Source of the DNA: Octopus sinensis
Taxonomy: Eukaryota
Assembly: GCF_006345805.1 (NCBI RefSeq)
Contig: NW_021832440.1
Span: forward strand, 62,001-126,000
Length of the DNA: 64,000 nucleotides
Reading direction: 5' to 3'
In this document: positions 26,326-37,439 of the stretch, piece after piece
Layout: each line of letters starts with the position of its first letter
Position numbering within the stretch: the stretch's first letter is position 1
Notes under the pieces: generated by a model
What the model saw: only the letters and a program-made list of their open reading frames with translations
Database searches by the model: none
Told to the model about the DNA's origin: nothing
Program-made: the position numbers and the translations under genes

Positions 26326-26927
26326 CCGCCACGTCCCTCTTCACCTCGGATAAAAGATTGGGAAGGACGTCAGTCGACTTAAAGCTGAACAATATATCCG
26401 TTCCCTTCTGCAGGAGTCAGACGGTCCTAGGGGTAACCCTCGACATGCACCTCTGTTTCTCCCCTCATGTGGACAACCTCCTTCGCAAATGCGAACATAA
26501 ACTGAACATTCTGCGAACTCTATCTGGTATTTGGAAAAACGGGTCGCACCCGGTACTGGCGAATATCTACCGCCAGTACTTCGAACCCTGTGTTGCGTAC
26601 GCTTGCGGATCATGGGGTCCGCGGCTATCGTGGTCCAACAGGAGGCGAATCGAGGAGGCCCAACAAAGGGCCCTCAGATTAACCGATCGTTGGTCACTTG
26701 ATAGCCAACGCCCCGGTCCAGCCTCTCTGGAAGACCTCATCAAGCTGAACCTGGGCCCGTCAGCGACTGCTCCGCCAAAAACGGCCTGCCGCCCTGTGCG
26801 ATCTTGTGTGGGCTCGTGGGAAGACCACCGAGCGAGGATGAGGTCCCTGGTTGAGTGCATCGGGATCACGTGACATTTGTTCGGTTTTTAGCGTGGTCTT
26901 GGTGATTTAATAAATAAATAAATAAAT
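26326..26927 (+). mobile_element. 5'-truncated I/Jockey-like LINE with (TAAA)n tail, inserted in Helitron copy 2
   Basis: ORF 26358-26873 (VLGVTLDMHLCFSPHV...IYRQYFEPCVAYACGSW) ends GIT*. The Helitron sequence ctaat|gtgg resumes after the tail. Confidence 0.88.
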
Positions 26928-26983
26928 GTGGTTATAACGGTTAATATATTGTCAAAATGTTTTAAAATATTGACAAATAGTTA

Positions 26984-27345
26984 TTAACTAACTAAATTCC
27001 CGGCCTCGTAAATGGAAACACAGTTTCCACGTACTATAGCCGAGGAAATCCTTTCGAGAAGCCACTTGAACTCGCGTGGGTCTCCCCGTTTATGGGAGAT
27101 CATGCGGCCAAGCTTTTTCAGAAAGGAAAGAGACTTTTCGCCGATGACGCCGGAAGTCTCGACGGCGATGGGAGTGAACAGATACCATTCAGAGAGCTCC
27201 TTGTACTTTCCAATCTTCATCTTCTCGGTTTTGCGAAAGACTGAGCCAGCCTCGACAGCTGAAGAAGGAAGGTTGAGCTCCGAGAAAGTGTCTGAACACG
27301 TCGCATCCCATAACAGAGACTTGCCGAACTCAAACGGGAAAGTCG
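26984..27345 (-). mobile_element. CRE-clade LINE 3' fragment (restriction-like endonuclease)
   Basis: GKSLLWDATCSDTF...KIGKYKEL...FTPIAVETSG...ISSAIVRGNCVSI. Confidence 0.8.
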
Positions 27346-28426
27346 ATAATATGTTTTTCAAAATCGGATATGTTTTTCAAAATCGGATAATTACACTCTA
27401 AACAAGGTCAAATTTGATAACCAAATGCAAAAATTATTTTTTTGACGAGAAGGTTAAGGACCTCATCATGTGAGTCTGGGACATCATGTTTGTTTATTAT
27501 AACCAAAATGCATAAAATGATTTTTTGGCGGGAATGTTTAAGGGACCTCCTCATGTGAGTCGAGGACATGTGTGTTGTTTATTTTAACCAAAATCCAGAA
27601 AATATTTTTTTAATTTTTTTGGCCGGAAGGTTTTAATGACCTCATCATTGAAAATATTCTTAATGCGTTAGTTTGTGGGTGAAAGATTTTTGGAGAACCT
27701 CATCATTTTGGGCGAATAGGATTTCGAAAATTTATCAATTTTAACAGCATGCTCGAGTTAATTTCGTTATCTAATTAAATAATGCTGAATTTTCGAAAAT
27801 TTCAAAAAGAAATTCATGACCTATTGGATCAAAAACGTTTTACATTCACCCACATCATAATCCGCTTTCCGTATTTTTTTAAAAGCGCTAATTTCTTTGC
27901 ATATTGACAATGCCGTTTAGTTTAATGCTGAAGCTCAGTAGTCAAATCGTACGTGTTAGTAAACATAGAGATTGTTTCATTCAAAAATTGTGCGACCAAT
28001 TCATATACGCTCATGTAATTTTCTAAGGCCATTGTGATTAAGAGTTTGCTTTTTAGAAATAAAACTATGATTGCAGTGTAAACTGACATTGTTGTTCACT
28101 GATGAGAATTATTTGAATTAGACATTATTGTACGCCAACTTGGTCTCTTTGGGTTTTCTCACAATGGCTTATGAAACCTCATCATTTTGGAAACGGTTTG
28201 AAGTGTTCTTGAGAGAACCTTTTCCTCTCGAATCTCGAATTAAAAAAAAGAGGGAAACAACGGAGAAGAGACATACGTTGTTTCATTAACTTTCTCTCTC
28301 TTTTTTCGGCTTTTCCGTTTTAATAAAAAATCCATCCATCCACAATGGCTTATAGAACCTCATCATTTTGGGCGAATAGGACCAGTAGCGAATATACTGA
28401 AATTTTTGTTTCATAATTTCAAAAAG

Positions 28427-28498
28427 TTCCTCGACCGGGAGTCGAACCCGGGCCATCCACGTGAGAGGCGGATATCCTGACCGCTGGACCATCGAGGA
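28427..28498 (-). tRNA. tRNA-Glu (CTC)
   Basis: 72-nt cloverleaf: acceptor TCCTCGA/TCGAGGA + A73, anticodon arm TCCGC-CTCTCAC-GTGGA, T arm CCGGG-TTCGACT-CCCGG, followed by a T5 terminator. Confidence 0.95.
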
Positions 28499-28589
28499 CG
28501 TTGATGATTTTGTTGGTGTGAGGTGTACTGGCGGTGAACCTCAATTCACAGGTGATTTATTATTGATATGCTCAAATATGCACCTGACT

Positions 28590-29955
28590 AGAAAACATGC
28601 GGATATGACGGAACGTATAACTTTTTCTCAAAGAAGATGGATTCTTTGCATGGGTTTCTGTGTAAAGAGATAGTCCGAATAATTAATGGAGAGTACACGC
28701 CTGATAGCTGGTTTTACACTGGCGTAACTTACTTGATCCCAAAAAAGTGATTGTGAGACCCCGAAGGACTTACGCCCTATAACTTGTATGCCAACTTTTT
28801 ATAAACTTGTCACCAAATGCAAAACTGGCCGATTTCGTCGAGGCATTTTGCTTAATCCCAGATTCCTTTTTTATTGACGATCTGGAAATAGTTGCCCTCA
28901 AAGAAGATGTGCTAGTCAAAATGATGGAGGCTGTTAATGGATTTTTTGAAAGTGTTGGACTAGAGATGAATTCCGAAAATTCAGCATCTAATGTGGAATC
29001 TCTATCATACTGTGAGACTGTGGATGGAATCAACGGATATCGGTACTTGGGTGTACTTGAAGACGGGGGAAGTAATGTTCTCAAGAATAAAGTTATAGAC
29101 TCCATACTGGAGAATGTCAAGAAGAGGGTAACTATGTTGTCAAAAACAAACCTAAATGCTGTGAATTTGTTTCGTGGCATCAATGAATATGCATTATCCC
29201 TACATTATTATTATATCGGGCTAATCAATATCAAACCTTACGAATTTGATGAAATTGACCAACAAATACGCCGATTACTTACGACTCTCAAGTTACACCT
29301 CCAGCCTGCAAATAAGGAGAGGTTGTATTTAGACTGCAAGACGCTTGGAAGAGGACCTGCCTTAATTTCTTTCAAAAGCGAATTAATACTCTTCCAGACC
29401 CAAAATGTCGAAATCAGAGTTGACACGTCAATTATGACTGAAACGAAAGTCCAATTTAATAAACCTGATATTTTCGTTTATGACAAGAGGAAAAAAGAAA
29501 TTCATTTAATCGAAGTGGGAATTACCTCTCAAGACCGTTTAAAGCAAGTTGAAGTGGAGAAATTTCACAAATACGACCTGCTTGCAAACGAACTGTCGAT
29601 TTTCTATGAAGCAAAAATGAAGATTATTCCAATTGTCTTGAGATGGGATGGAGTTGTCTCAAAGTTCTTTAAAAGTCATATGGACAAGTTATCCATTGAA
29701 GAAGAAACGAGGACATACATCCAGTCGGTTGTGCTGAAGAGGACGCTAGAGAGTATGCTTATCGAGCACAGACATAAGATGAAGGTAGACAACGAGGAGT
29801 ACGCTTCTGCCGCCAATCAACTTGCGGAGCTGGAATGTCGTAAGGTCACTCAGTTGAATAAAATCATTGACGCAGAAATAGAAAATGAAAGGAAGTTTAT
29901 GGAAAACTCTTCTTCCAAGCGAAGAAAAGAAATCACTGGAGATCTGGATTTTTAA
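28590..29955 (+). mobile_element. Internally deleted R4/Dong-like RLE non-LTR retrotransposon
   Basis: LRPITCMPTFYKLVTKC, FIDDL, YRYLGVLED, ERLYLDCKTLGRG, and a PD-(D/E)xK-type nuclease NKPDIFVYD...LIEVGIT...EKFHKYDLLANEL. Confidence 0.88.
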
Positions 29956-30009
29956 TTAGATAATTTAAAATAGAATTGACATATTAGTAAATATATGTAT
30001 TGGACGCTT

Positions 30010-31690
30010 CATATGCGAACTTGGTCTCTTTGGGTTTTCTCACAATGGCTTGAACTTCCGTTAAAGTAATTTCTCTAGATAGCTTTCTGGGCGCTCCATC
30101 AAAAGAGTAAAGCGTTTCTTCTTTTTCAAAATTGAAATATTTTTCAAAGTGGTCGGCTATAGTATCTGTGCGTTCCTGGTTGTTGTAAATAGTTCTTCCG
30201 AGTTCATAATGAACTATTAAGTTTTCCGATTTCTTCTTTCGCGCTAGCATCTTTACAGATGCAACCATTTGCGCTTCGTTTTTGTACTTTCCCACTTCAT
30301 TTGCAAGGTTTTATAGACTTGTTTCATAATTATTCTGACATTTTTTTTGATTTCTCGCATGATTTTGTTTCTTTGAATTTTGAACTCAGCTGCTTTCACT
30401 TGGTTTTGGGTATTTATGCATTTGATAAGTAGATCCTTTTGTAAATCAGAAAGGTAATCTATATGCGGGTCATGTATTCCTTTGAAGGTTTTGGGAATTG
30501 TCCCAATCTTATGTTTAGCCATTGATTTTATTTTGTTTGCGAGTTTATTCCATATACTTCCAGCAGGTAAATTGAGATAGATCGATTCTATGGTTTGTGA
30601 TATTTTAGCTGAGTAGTTATTTTTGTAGACAGGATAGTTTCTTAAGAGTTCGACTGCAAATCTGGCTTCTCTGTGTCTGTTTTTGACTCTTAATCCAAAA
30701 TTTTCTTTTTAGGAAAAGTTTGATTACCAATAGTTTATTGTTACTCGATGTTAGCGTTCCTCCATATGTTCTGGCGTCACAGAGTAAAGCTTTCTATGAT
30801 TGTCGGGACAAAATGTAGTCTGTGTTGCAAATGAATAATTGTTTATTGATTGCGAAGTTGGCCATAGTTGCTCCAGACATATTCCTCCAACCTCTCCCAT
30901 ATGTACCCATGAAGCTCAGTTCTTTGGTCCCTTTTCCGATCTTCGCGTTCCAATCTCCGCTTATGTAAAGTAGATAGCTCGTGGATATTTCCATAAGGGT
31001 CGTAGAGAATGAACTATAAAAGTCATCCAGTTCCGTCGGGTTTTTAGAGACTCTTGGAGAAGTAGGCGCATATACATTTATAATTGTAATCCAGTTTCCA
31101 ATTGAATTACGCAGATTCTGTCATTTACTTTCCATATTCTTTTTATATATTCCCGAAGTCTGATATCCACCGCGAACCCCATTCCGTAGTGGTGACAGTC
31201 GGAGGAGAGTAAGATGAGCTCATGGTCAGCATTTTGTTTGTTAAGTCCTTCTTTGACTTTAATCTCTTGCAGGCAGCAGATTGTGATGTTGTATCGTTTC
31301 AGATCCTGGCAGAGTGACCTCCTTTTGACCGACGACTTCAGCCCTCGAACGTTGCATATCAAACAAACATCTCTACTACAAGAACAGTGTACACCCGTTG
31401 GACGAAGAAATAAGAAGTAATAGATGGGGCTTATTCGGTCACATCATAAGAATGGACAGGAAAACTCGCAATGGAACACCACTACGCCCCCCATCCGGGA
31501 ACAATTTTCCGAGGAAGACCATGAATCACTCTAGCAACCCTCCTGTATCAAGGTCTAACTTTGATTGGAAAAAGGTTGAAATCAGCAGACGATCTTGAGC
31601 ACCTGAGGGAACTATCGAGGAACAGAGGGACTTGGAAGCGATTAACAAAACGCATCCAGGAGAGGGTGGCACATGCGAGATAACTTTACT
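30010..31690. mobile_element. RTE-like LINE remnant with inverted 5' part (APE on minus, C-terminus on plus)
   Basis: Minus strand 31362-30010: CNVRGL..ICCLQE, YAPT, GDWNAKIG. Plus strand 31365-31690: RWGLFGHIIRM...RGTWKRL. Confidence 0.8.
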
Positions 31691-31735
31691 AACGTTATTT
31701 TGCGGTGTGCTTATTAATGAGCAAAATTTAAAAAA

Positions 31736-31807
31736 TTCCTCGACCGGGAGTCGAACCCGGGCCATCCACGTGAGAGGCGGATATCCTAACCGCTGGACCA
31801 TCGAGGA
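31736..31807 (-). tRNA. tRNA-Glu (CTC), second copy
   Basis: Identical to 28427-28498 except for one D-loop base; followed by a T-run. Confidence 0.95.
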
Positions 31808-32003
31808 CGTTTTTAGCTTAAGTTAACAAATGAAAGAAGTTAACAAACGACAACGACAATTATTTATATCTTTTTTAGTGAGAATAGTCTCATCACTTTT
31901 TTAACAAAAAAATTTTCACATTTTTCATTTAAAGTGCATTTTCGATTATATTTATTTGAAATTCATAAAAATAATTTTTAGAAATCGTATAAAGATGCAT
32001 ATA

Positions 32004-33316
32004 CAGTGACTCCTCTGAAATTGGCCATTTCTGAAATTGACCACACTTATAAAATTATCTTAAGAAAAATTCGAATTTCCATTGTAAGTTGCCAATTCTC
32101 AAATTGACCATAAATTTTAAAATATATTTTATATAATTTGCAAATTAATAAAATTTCAGTTATTTTATGTCTTCGAACAATTCTCGTGGTAATTATACTC
32201 GTCTCACTTTTTATCAAAAAATACAGGTTTTAACTTATAAAAATCAAAATGAAGATGTTTCATGTCTGTATTTGGCTGATAGATTTTCCCATTTATTTAA
32301 AAAGAAGATTTCCAGAAAAACAATTAATATGACTATGAATATGACTTTAAATCTTATGACTGTAAATGTTTCATTGATTATTATAGCTCAAAATGAGCTT
32401 GGATGACAGGAACAATTTTTACTAACTGGCTATTAAACTTTGATTACCATCTCAAAAATGAAAAAAAGCAAATTTTACTTCTCATGGACAATTGTCCTTC
32501 ACATTATGTTCCATCAAATTTGGATAACATAAAAATATTGTTTTTCCTCCAAATAGTACTGGTCTTATTCAACTATGGATTTGGGTATAATAAAAACATT
32601 TAAAACACATTTTACTCGACACAAGTTAATGTATTTGACTGATTTGTTGGAACAGCAAAATATTTCAGTATACAGTTCCTACAAAAAGTTAACTCTAAAG
32701 GATACTGTAATTTTCGTAAAAATGGCTTGGGAAGATGTGTCTGAAAAAACAATTGCAAATTGTTTCGGAATTTTAAGCAACCCATTCAAAAAGAATCATG
32801 TAGTTGAAGTTCAAGATATTGCAGTATAAAAAACTGACATTTTTGATCCCTTAGAAGTCGAAGAATTTCTTAATTTTGAATATTCTGAAAATGATACATT
32901 TCAAGACGTTGAGGATATTGAAAATATAAAAAATGAAGAAGAAGTAGAAGCTGAAGTAGAATCCAATGAAGTAGAATCCAATGATTCAATTGACAAAGAA
33001 GACATTGTGGTTAAATTAACTACAATTGAAAACGAGCTCCTAAAAAACATTGAGAACGAACATGAAGTTCAATTGATTGCATCCATAAGGCGCTATAAGG
33101 AAAATGTCATTAAAACTCAAAAAAGCAGATGGGCATCCAATTCTACTTTAAGAACATTAATAATGCTTAATTACTTAAAATTTTCTGGATAAAAGTTGTT
33201 CTTATTCAAAATTTAATTTACACAAAAGATTGATTTTATTTCTCAAATTGTCCATTTCTCCTATTGACCACAAAAACACGTGGAACCAAAAATGGCCAAT
33301 TTCAGAGGAGTCACTG
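32004..33316 (+). mobile_element. pogo/Tigger deletion derivative
   Basis: Perfect TIRs CAGTGACTCCTCTGAAATTGGCCA with TA TSDs. The CENP-B-like N-terminus jumps to WMTGTIF..LLLMDNCPSH..MDLGIIKTFK. Confidence 0.92.
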
Positions 33317-33689
33317 TATATAAAAGTAATAGGATAAAATATTTACTCATTTCTGTTTCGATAATTTGTTAGTACAGTTTCTGTCAAGACCCTATCAGGA
33401 AATATCAAATCTAAGAATAATCAAAATAATCTTAACAAGTTGAACGAAACACCTCCAATTAAATTACTATATAACAAGTCGATCAAACATTTTATCAGCA
33501 TATTGAATTTAAAATTAATGCTTGGCAATAAAAAAAAGTCAAAAATTTTGAACTTTCGAGTGATTATTTAATTTTTAATTAGTATAAGCATCAGAACCAG
33601 ATATAATCAGTGATCAGAGTTGGATCTCGTATATCATCATTTGCAATTTACGCTACACTAAGATAAAAAATAACACACGCTATGGATTT

Positions 33690-34560
33690 AATAACCCTAG
33701 TAACACATCAGAGTATGATACTAACGGCTAGCAGAAATAACATCGCTTTCTCGGGTTGCTTCCAAAGAATGTCGGTGGAATGAACAAGTTTTCTGGGATA
33801 GGGTTAATACAGGGACAGCGGAAAGGTGATCGGTTGAATTATCGTAAGCAAAGAAAAAGTTACAGAAAGGAGACATCAAGTCGTCCGTAGTGTTTTAATA
33901 AGTAATAAGAATAATCTGAGCGGAACTGTCAAAAAGCATTTCGGAGGGGTGAGCATCTGGTGGAAGTTCGTTAAGGGCAGAGATAGGCGTCAGCTTTTAA
34001 AATTTTTTACGTTGAAATAAAATCGGGAATTTTCTTTATTACCTGTGAAATTGGTTCAGGCAGGATCTGGAGTATTGTTTTGCAGGGGTATCTTTCAATA
34101 AACGGACATGTCATTTAACACATTTAGAGCAGTGCAAGAAGGGTAGGAATTACCCGAAGCTAATAGGAATTTTACTTTTCTCATATTTAGATCTTTTTCT
34201 ATCGGAGAAGATTGTTTTCGCAGTACAGGTGGTCGATGGGTGTAAGAAAGACGCAATTCATGCGACGAGATAAAAAGTTTGCCAGCAAAAATTTGAAGTT
34301 AAAGTTTAGGAGGGTTTTCAGAATTTTGTTGGTGAGTTCACCTCGAGAGAAGCTGTCAAAAGCCTGAGACATGTCGATAGAAGCTAGGACTGTTTGTTTT
34401 AGTGGTCTCTTCTCATCAAGCCGTCCACAACGACTTGGAAAAGCGTTTTTAAGTGAGTAGTTGTTGAGTGAAGTGGTTTAAAACCATGCTGGGTGTGGGA
34501 AATTAGTAAGTAATTCAATATATGTGGAAGAATAAGTTTTCGAGTATTTCACCAAGCGAA
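33690..34560 (-). mobile_element. Degenerate I/Jockey-like RT fragment
   Basis: HTQHGFKPLHSTTT and IDMSQAFDS (RT domains 2-3) on the minus strand. Confidence 0.7.
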
Positions 34561-34619
34561 AAAAAGTACAGCGCTGTAATCTTACTAATATGAAACTAAA
34601 AGAATTACAACCCAATATT

Positions 34620-34707
34620 TATTTTTTTTGTAAACGAAAACAGAGAGAAAAGAGAGTTAACAAGAGGACTTCCCCGCCTCGTAGATGGAGAAACAGTTTC
34701 CACGTAC
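34620..34707 (-). mobile_element. Very short CRE-like 3' end with poly-A
   Basis: VRGNCFSIYEAG* is near-identical to 27000-27035 and is followed by a pyrimidine-rich 3' UTR and an A-run. Confidence 0.6.
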
Positions 34708-34799
34708 CCAATATTATATTGATGATAATGAAATGTTATTACGTCAGATAGCTAAATCAATATAGAAAATGAGCAATGTAAAAAAATAGAGCTAAAAAA

Positions 34800-35691
34800 T
34801 TACATAGTCTGCTCATCTCTATAAATATCTGTCAGCCCCTCAGTTTCCATCAGCCCGCAAAAGTATTCACTGGAGTAAAATGGCTCAAATGACATCAAAG
34901 GTGTCTCCTCTGGGGACACGCCCTCCTCTCTATCCGGACAGTAAAACACGTTAATGTCCCCATGGTCACTTTTCACAACTAGGCACAACTCCTAACACTT
35001 TCAGCACAAAGTCTCACGTCCTCGGGAACAGTCACAGATGAAAGGTTAGGCGCTTTCACGGCCAAAATAGTCTTGTCGGCGAAAGCAGGAATATTGCGAA
35101 TATCCTCGATCGAAATGAATGAATAACTAATAAACACTCCAAAAAGTAATGTACGGGAAATAGTCTGAATTGCTTGCGGCCATGCATTTAAGGTGTTTTA
35201 AACCTGTGTTCTGAATTTCAGTGACCTCCTGATCAAGGACGTGGAGTTGATCTATTTCATGAAGCAAAGACCGCTCCATTTTCCGTGACTCTTCGTTTCC
35301 GTTCATGGGGCATCCCCTTTAGTAAAAACAGCGGGTTAGACCTCCAGGTTACGATATTCCGCGATATCTTGTCAACCAACTGAATTCCTTCGAGAACGTT
35401 GACAATGTCGTACAGTCTTCGTTTGGGTATGGACAATACGTTCGCAACGTGATTCAAATCCACTGTCTAGTATTAGATAGAATCAAAAAACCAAACCAAG
35501 TCATTACTGCTCATTAAAAGGTGGATGAATCTCTTTGTGAGAAAAGACAAAGAATTTTCGCATTTCCAGTTGGGAGTGTGTTCAAATGTCTCCGAGAAGT
35601 TGTAGAGGAATGGATCCTCCTTATCGATGGAAACTTGCGCAGCTTTTTCGTCGACTATGTCGTCACTTACATTTGATTGAGAATTATCCAT
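34800..35691 (-). CDS. E2F: E2F transcription factor (E2F1/2/3-like)
   Basis: [23 protein letters not shown], marked-box ILAVKAP, and a C-terminal pocket-protein-binding [16 protein letters not shown]. Confidence 0.9.
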
Positions 35692-36431
35692 ATTAACGTA
35701 GTTCAACTATTTAAATAAATTTTATTTTTTTATACAAATAAATTTTCCAAATAGTTCATTTCTTATCATCATATAATCTGTTTTTTAAAGCAGGGGATTT
35801 TTTTATAGGTTTCACGTTTGGATAAATAATTAGTAAGACAGTCCTTAAAAGAACTTACCTCGCTTCTTTTGCGATTTATGAAGACTAGTGGATTTTATTA
35901 GTAGAATGATCTATTTTCAAAAATCCTATGATTCATTTGTTGCCCTAAAAAACTTGAGTTCAATACCTTTTGACTGATAATATTTGATTTTCCGATTTTT
36001 TTCGAATCAAGCATTTAAAATAAACATAAATGCGGTTATTGACTAATGGAATGTCACCATAAATCTGAAAGTATTTGATGTGACCCGTTGAAAGTGATAG
36101 GAGGTTGAGAACGATGGCGCAAAATCGATTTAGCCACTAACGACATTGCCAGGCTAAATCGAGTTTTCTTTAACAATTAAATCATTTACATAATCCTTCT
36201 TAACCTGATATCAAACAGAGAAGGTTACATTTTATATTATTTTATTCTTAAATTAACACATTTATTTCTCAAATTTACTTGTCAAATTTACTTTTCACTT
36301 TTATATATCTGCTGACTAAGAAGAAAAGTTATTCCTGCCTCACGAACAGCTGAAATATGGGCTGACTACCATCGCCATTTTAAGAAAGAGAATTCTAGCA
36401 ATAATAGAGGACATTTTATGGATTTGATCTA

Positions 36432-37252
36432 TACTTTTCCAAGTTCAATATGGGAATTTCCAAATTCAATATGGGATTTCCAAGTTCAAAGTGGGATTTT
36501 CCAAATTCAATATGGGAATTCCAAGTTAATTTTAAAATATTTGAAAAAAATCATGACTCATTTATATCAAATAAAGAAGGCAATAGTCCTTGGATTCTGG
36601 CTATTAACTTAGCACAAATTTTTGAAGTAACTTCGTCCATAGATTGTTTAATTAAATCCTCCAATCTCTGTTTCCGAAATTCTGTTTTTGACAAGTCAGG
36701 TTCATTTCCATTTGTTCTGCATTGAGTTGCTTTTTTCAGGTTCGAATCTTATGTTTTTTATTGTATGCATAAGCGAATCAAGATGCAGGCGAACGCACTC
36801 ACCTGACACTTTTATTCCGTACTTATCTTGGATCTCTGCAGCCAATTGTTTGTAAGTAATTTTCGGATTTGACTCGACCATTTCTTGCATATAATCTCGT
36901 ACGGTATTTGAAATTTTTGAATATCGAAAACCACCTCTTAAATCATCCTTAAAGCCTTCTTTTATCCACCTGTATGCAGTTGTTCTTTTTATTCCGAGAG
37001 AACATGCAACTTGATTCCAATCTCCATCATTTTCGTAAACGGTCAACAAATTTTTTCCTTTTTCCGCTAATTCTTTCTTTTTATTAACGTACATTTTGTA
37101 ATGTAAGGCGATTTTAAATTAATAAATGAATTCAATAACCGACTTGAAAATCCTTGAACTTGAAAATCCCATATTGAATTTGGAAAATCCCACTTTGAAC
37201 TTGGAAATCCCATATTGAATTTGGAAATTCCCATATATAACTTGGAAAGGTA
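36432..37252 (-). mobile_element. IS630/Tc1-superfamily deletion derivative with ~95 bp TIRs built of ~20 bp tandem repeats
   Basis: Near-perfect inverted arms of TTCCAA(G/A)TTCAATATGGGA units with TA flanks. ORF 37094-36702 encodes the HTH region (LGIKRTTAYRWI...NPKITYKQL); the DDE core is missing. Confidence 0.85.
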
Positions 37253-37439
37253 TAGTGCATCTTTTATTGAAATCAAACTTTTTTTAATACTATTTGTGTT
37301 CCATTTATAACACACGTGCACCTTTTTCCATCAGCCCTACGTCATTACCAAAGAGGTTACACTTGTCTGCAGAACAATTAGGCATGTGATGGAAACCTTC
37401 ACGATAATGATCTCTCCGGTGACCTTATGGTCGAAAAAT

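Larger units (their letters stand above)
25594..27721 (-). mobile_element. Non-autonomous Helitron, copy 2, with two nested retroelement fragments
   Basis: Reverse-complement match to 709-924 and 2649-3254. The putative 5' end is A|TC at 27721 and the 3' end is hairpin + CTAA at 25594. About three units of the ~93 bp repeat lie at 27418-27650. Confidence 0.82.

Noticed and set aside
27012-27401. Antisense ORFs in the track (e.g. 27012-27401, 37533-37988, 28770-29183, 48045-48272) as genes
   Set aside because: They are shadows of real coding or TE sequence on the opposite strand, with no motifs of their own.
28427-28498. tRNA as an Asp-to-Glu anticodon switch (TCCTCG acceptor is Asp-like)
   Set aside because: The D arm, variable loop and A73 discriminator fit ordinary invertebrate tRNA-Glu, and both copies agree.
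28499-31735. tRNA-targeted retrotransposition (LINEs lying between two tRNA-Glu genes)
   Set aside because: The same R4-like and RTE-like families occur elsewhere in the window with no tRNA nearby.
35850-36240. snRNA-like words (ACTTACCT as U1 5' end; ACAGAGAAG as U6 core)
   Set aside because: Flanks lack the U1 stem-loops and U6 conserved sequence; the first is more simply a minus-strand splice donor.
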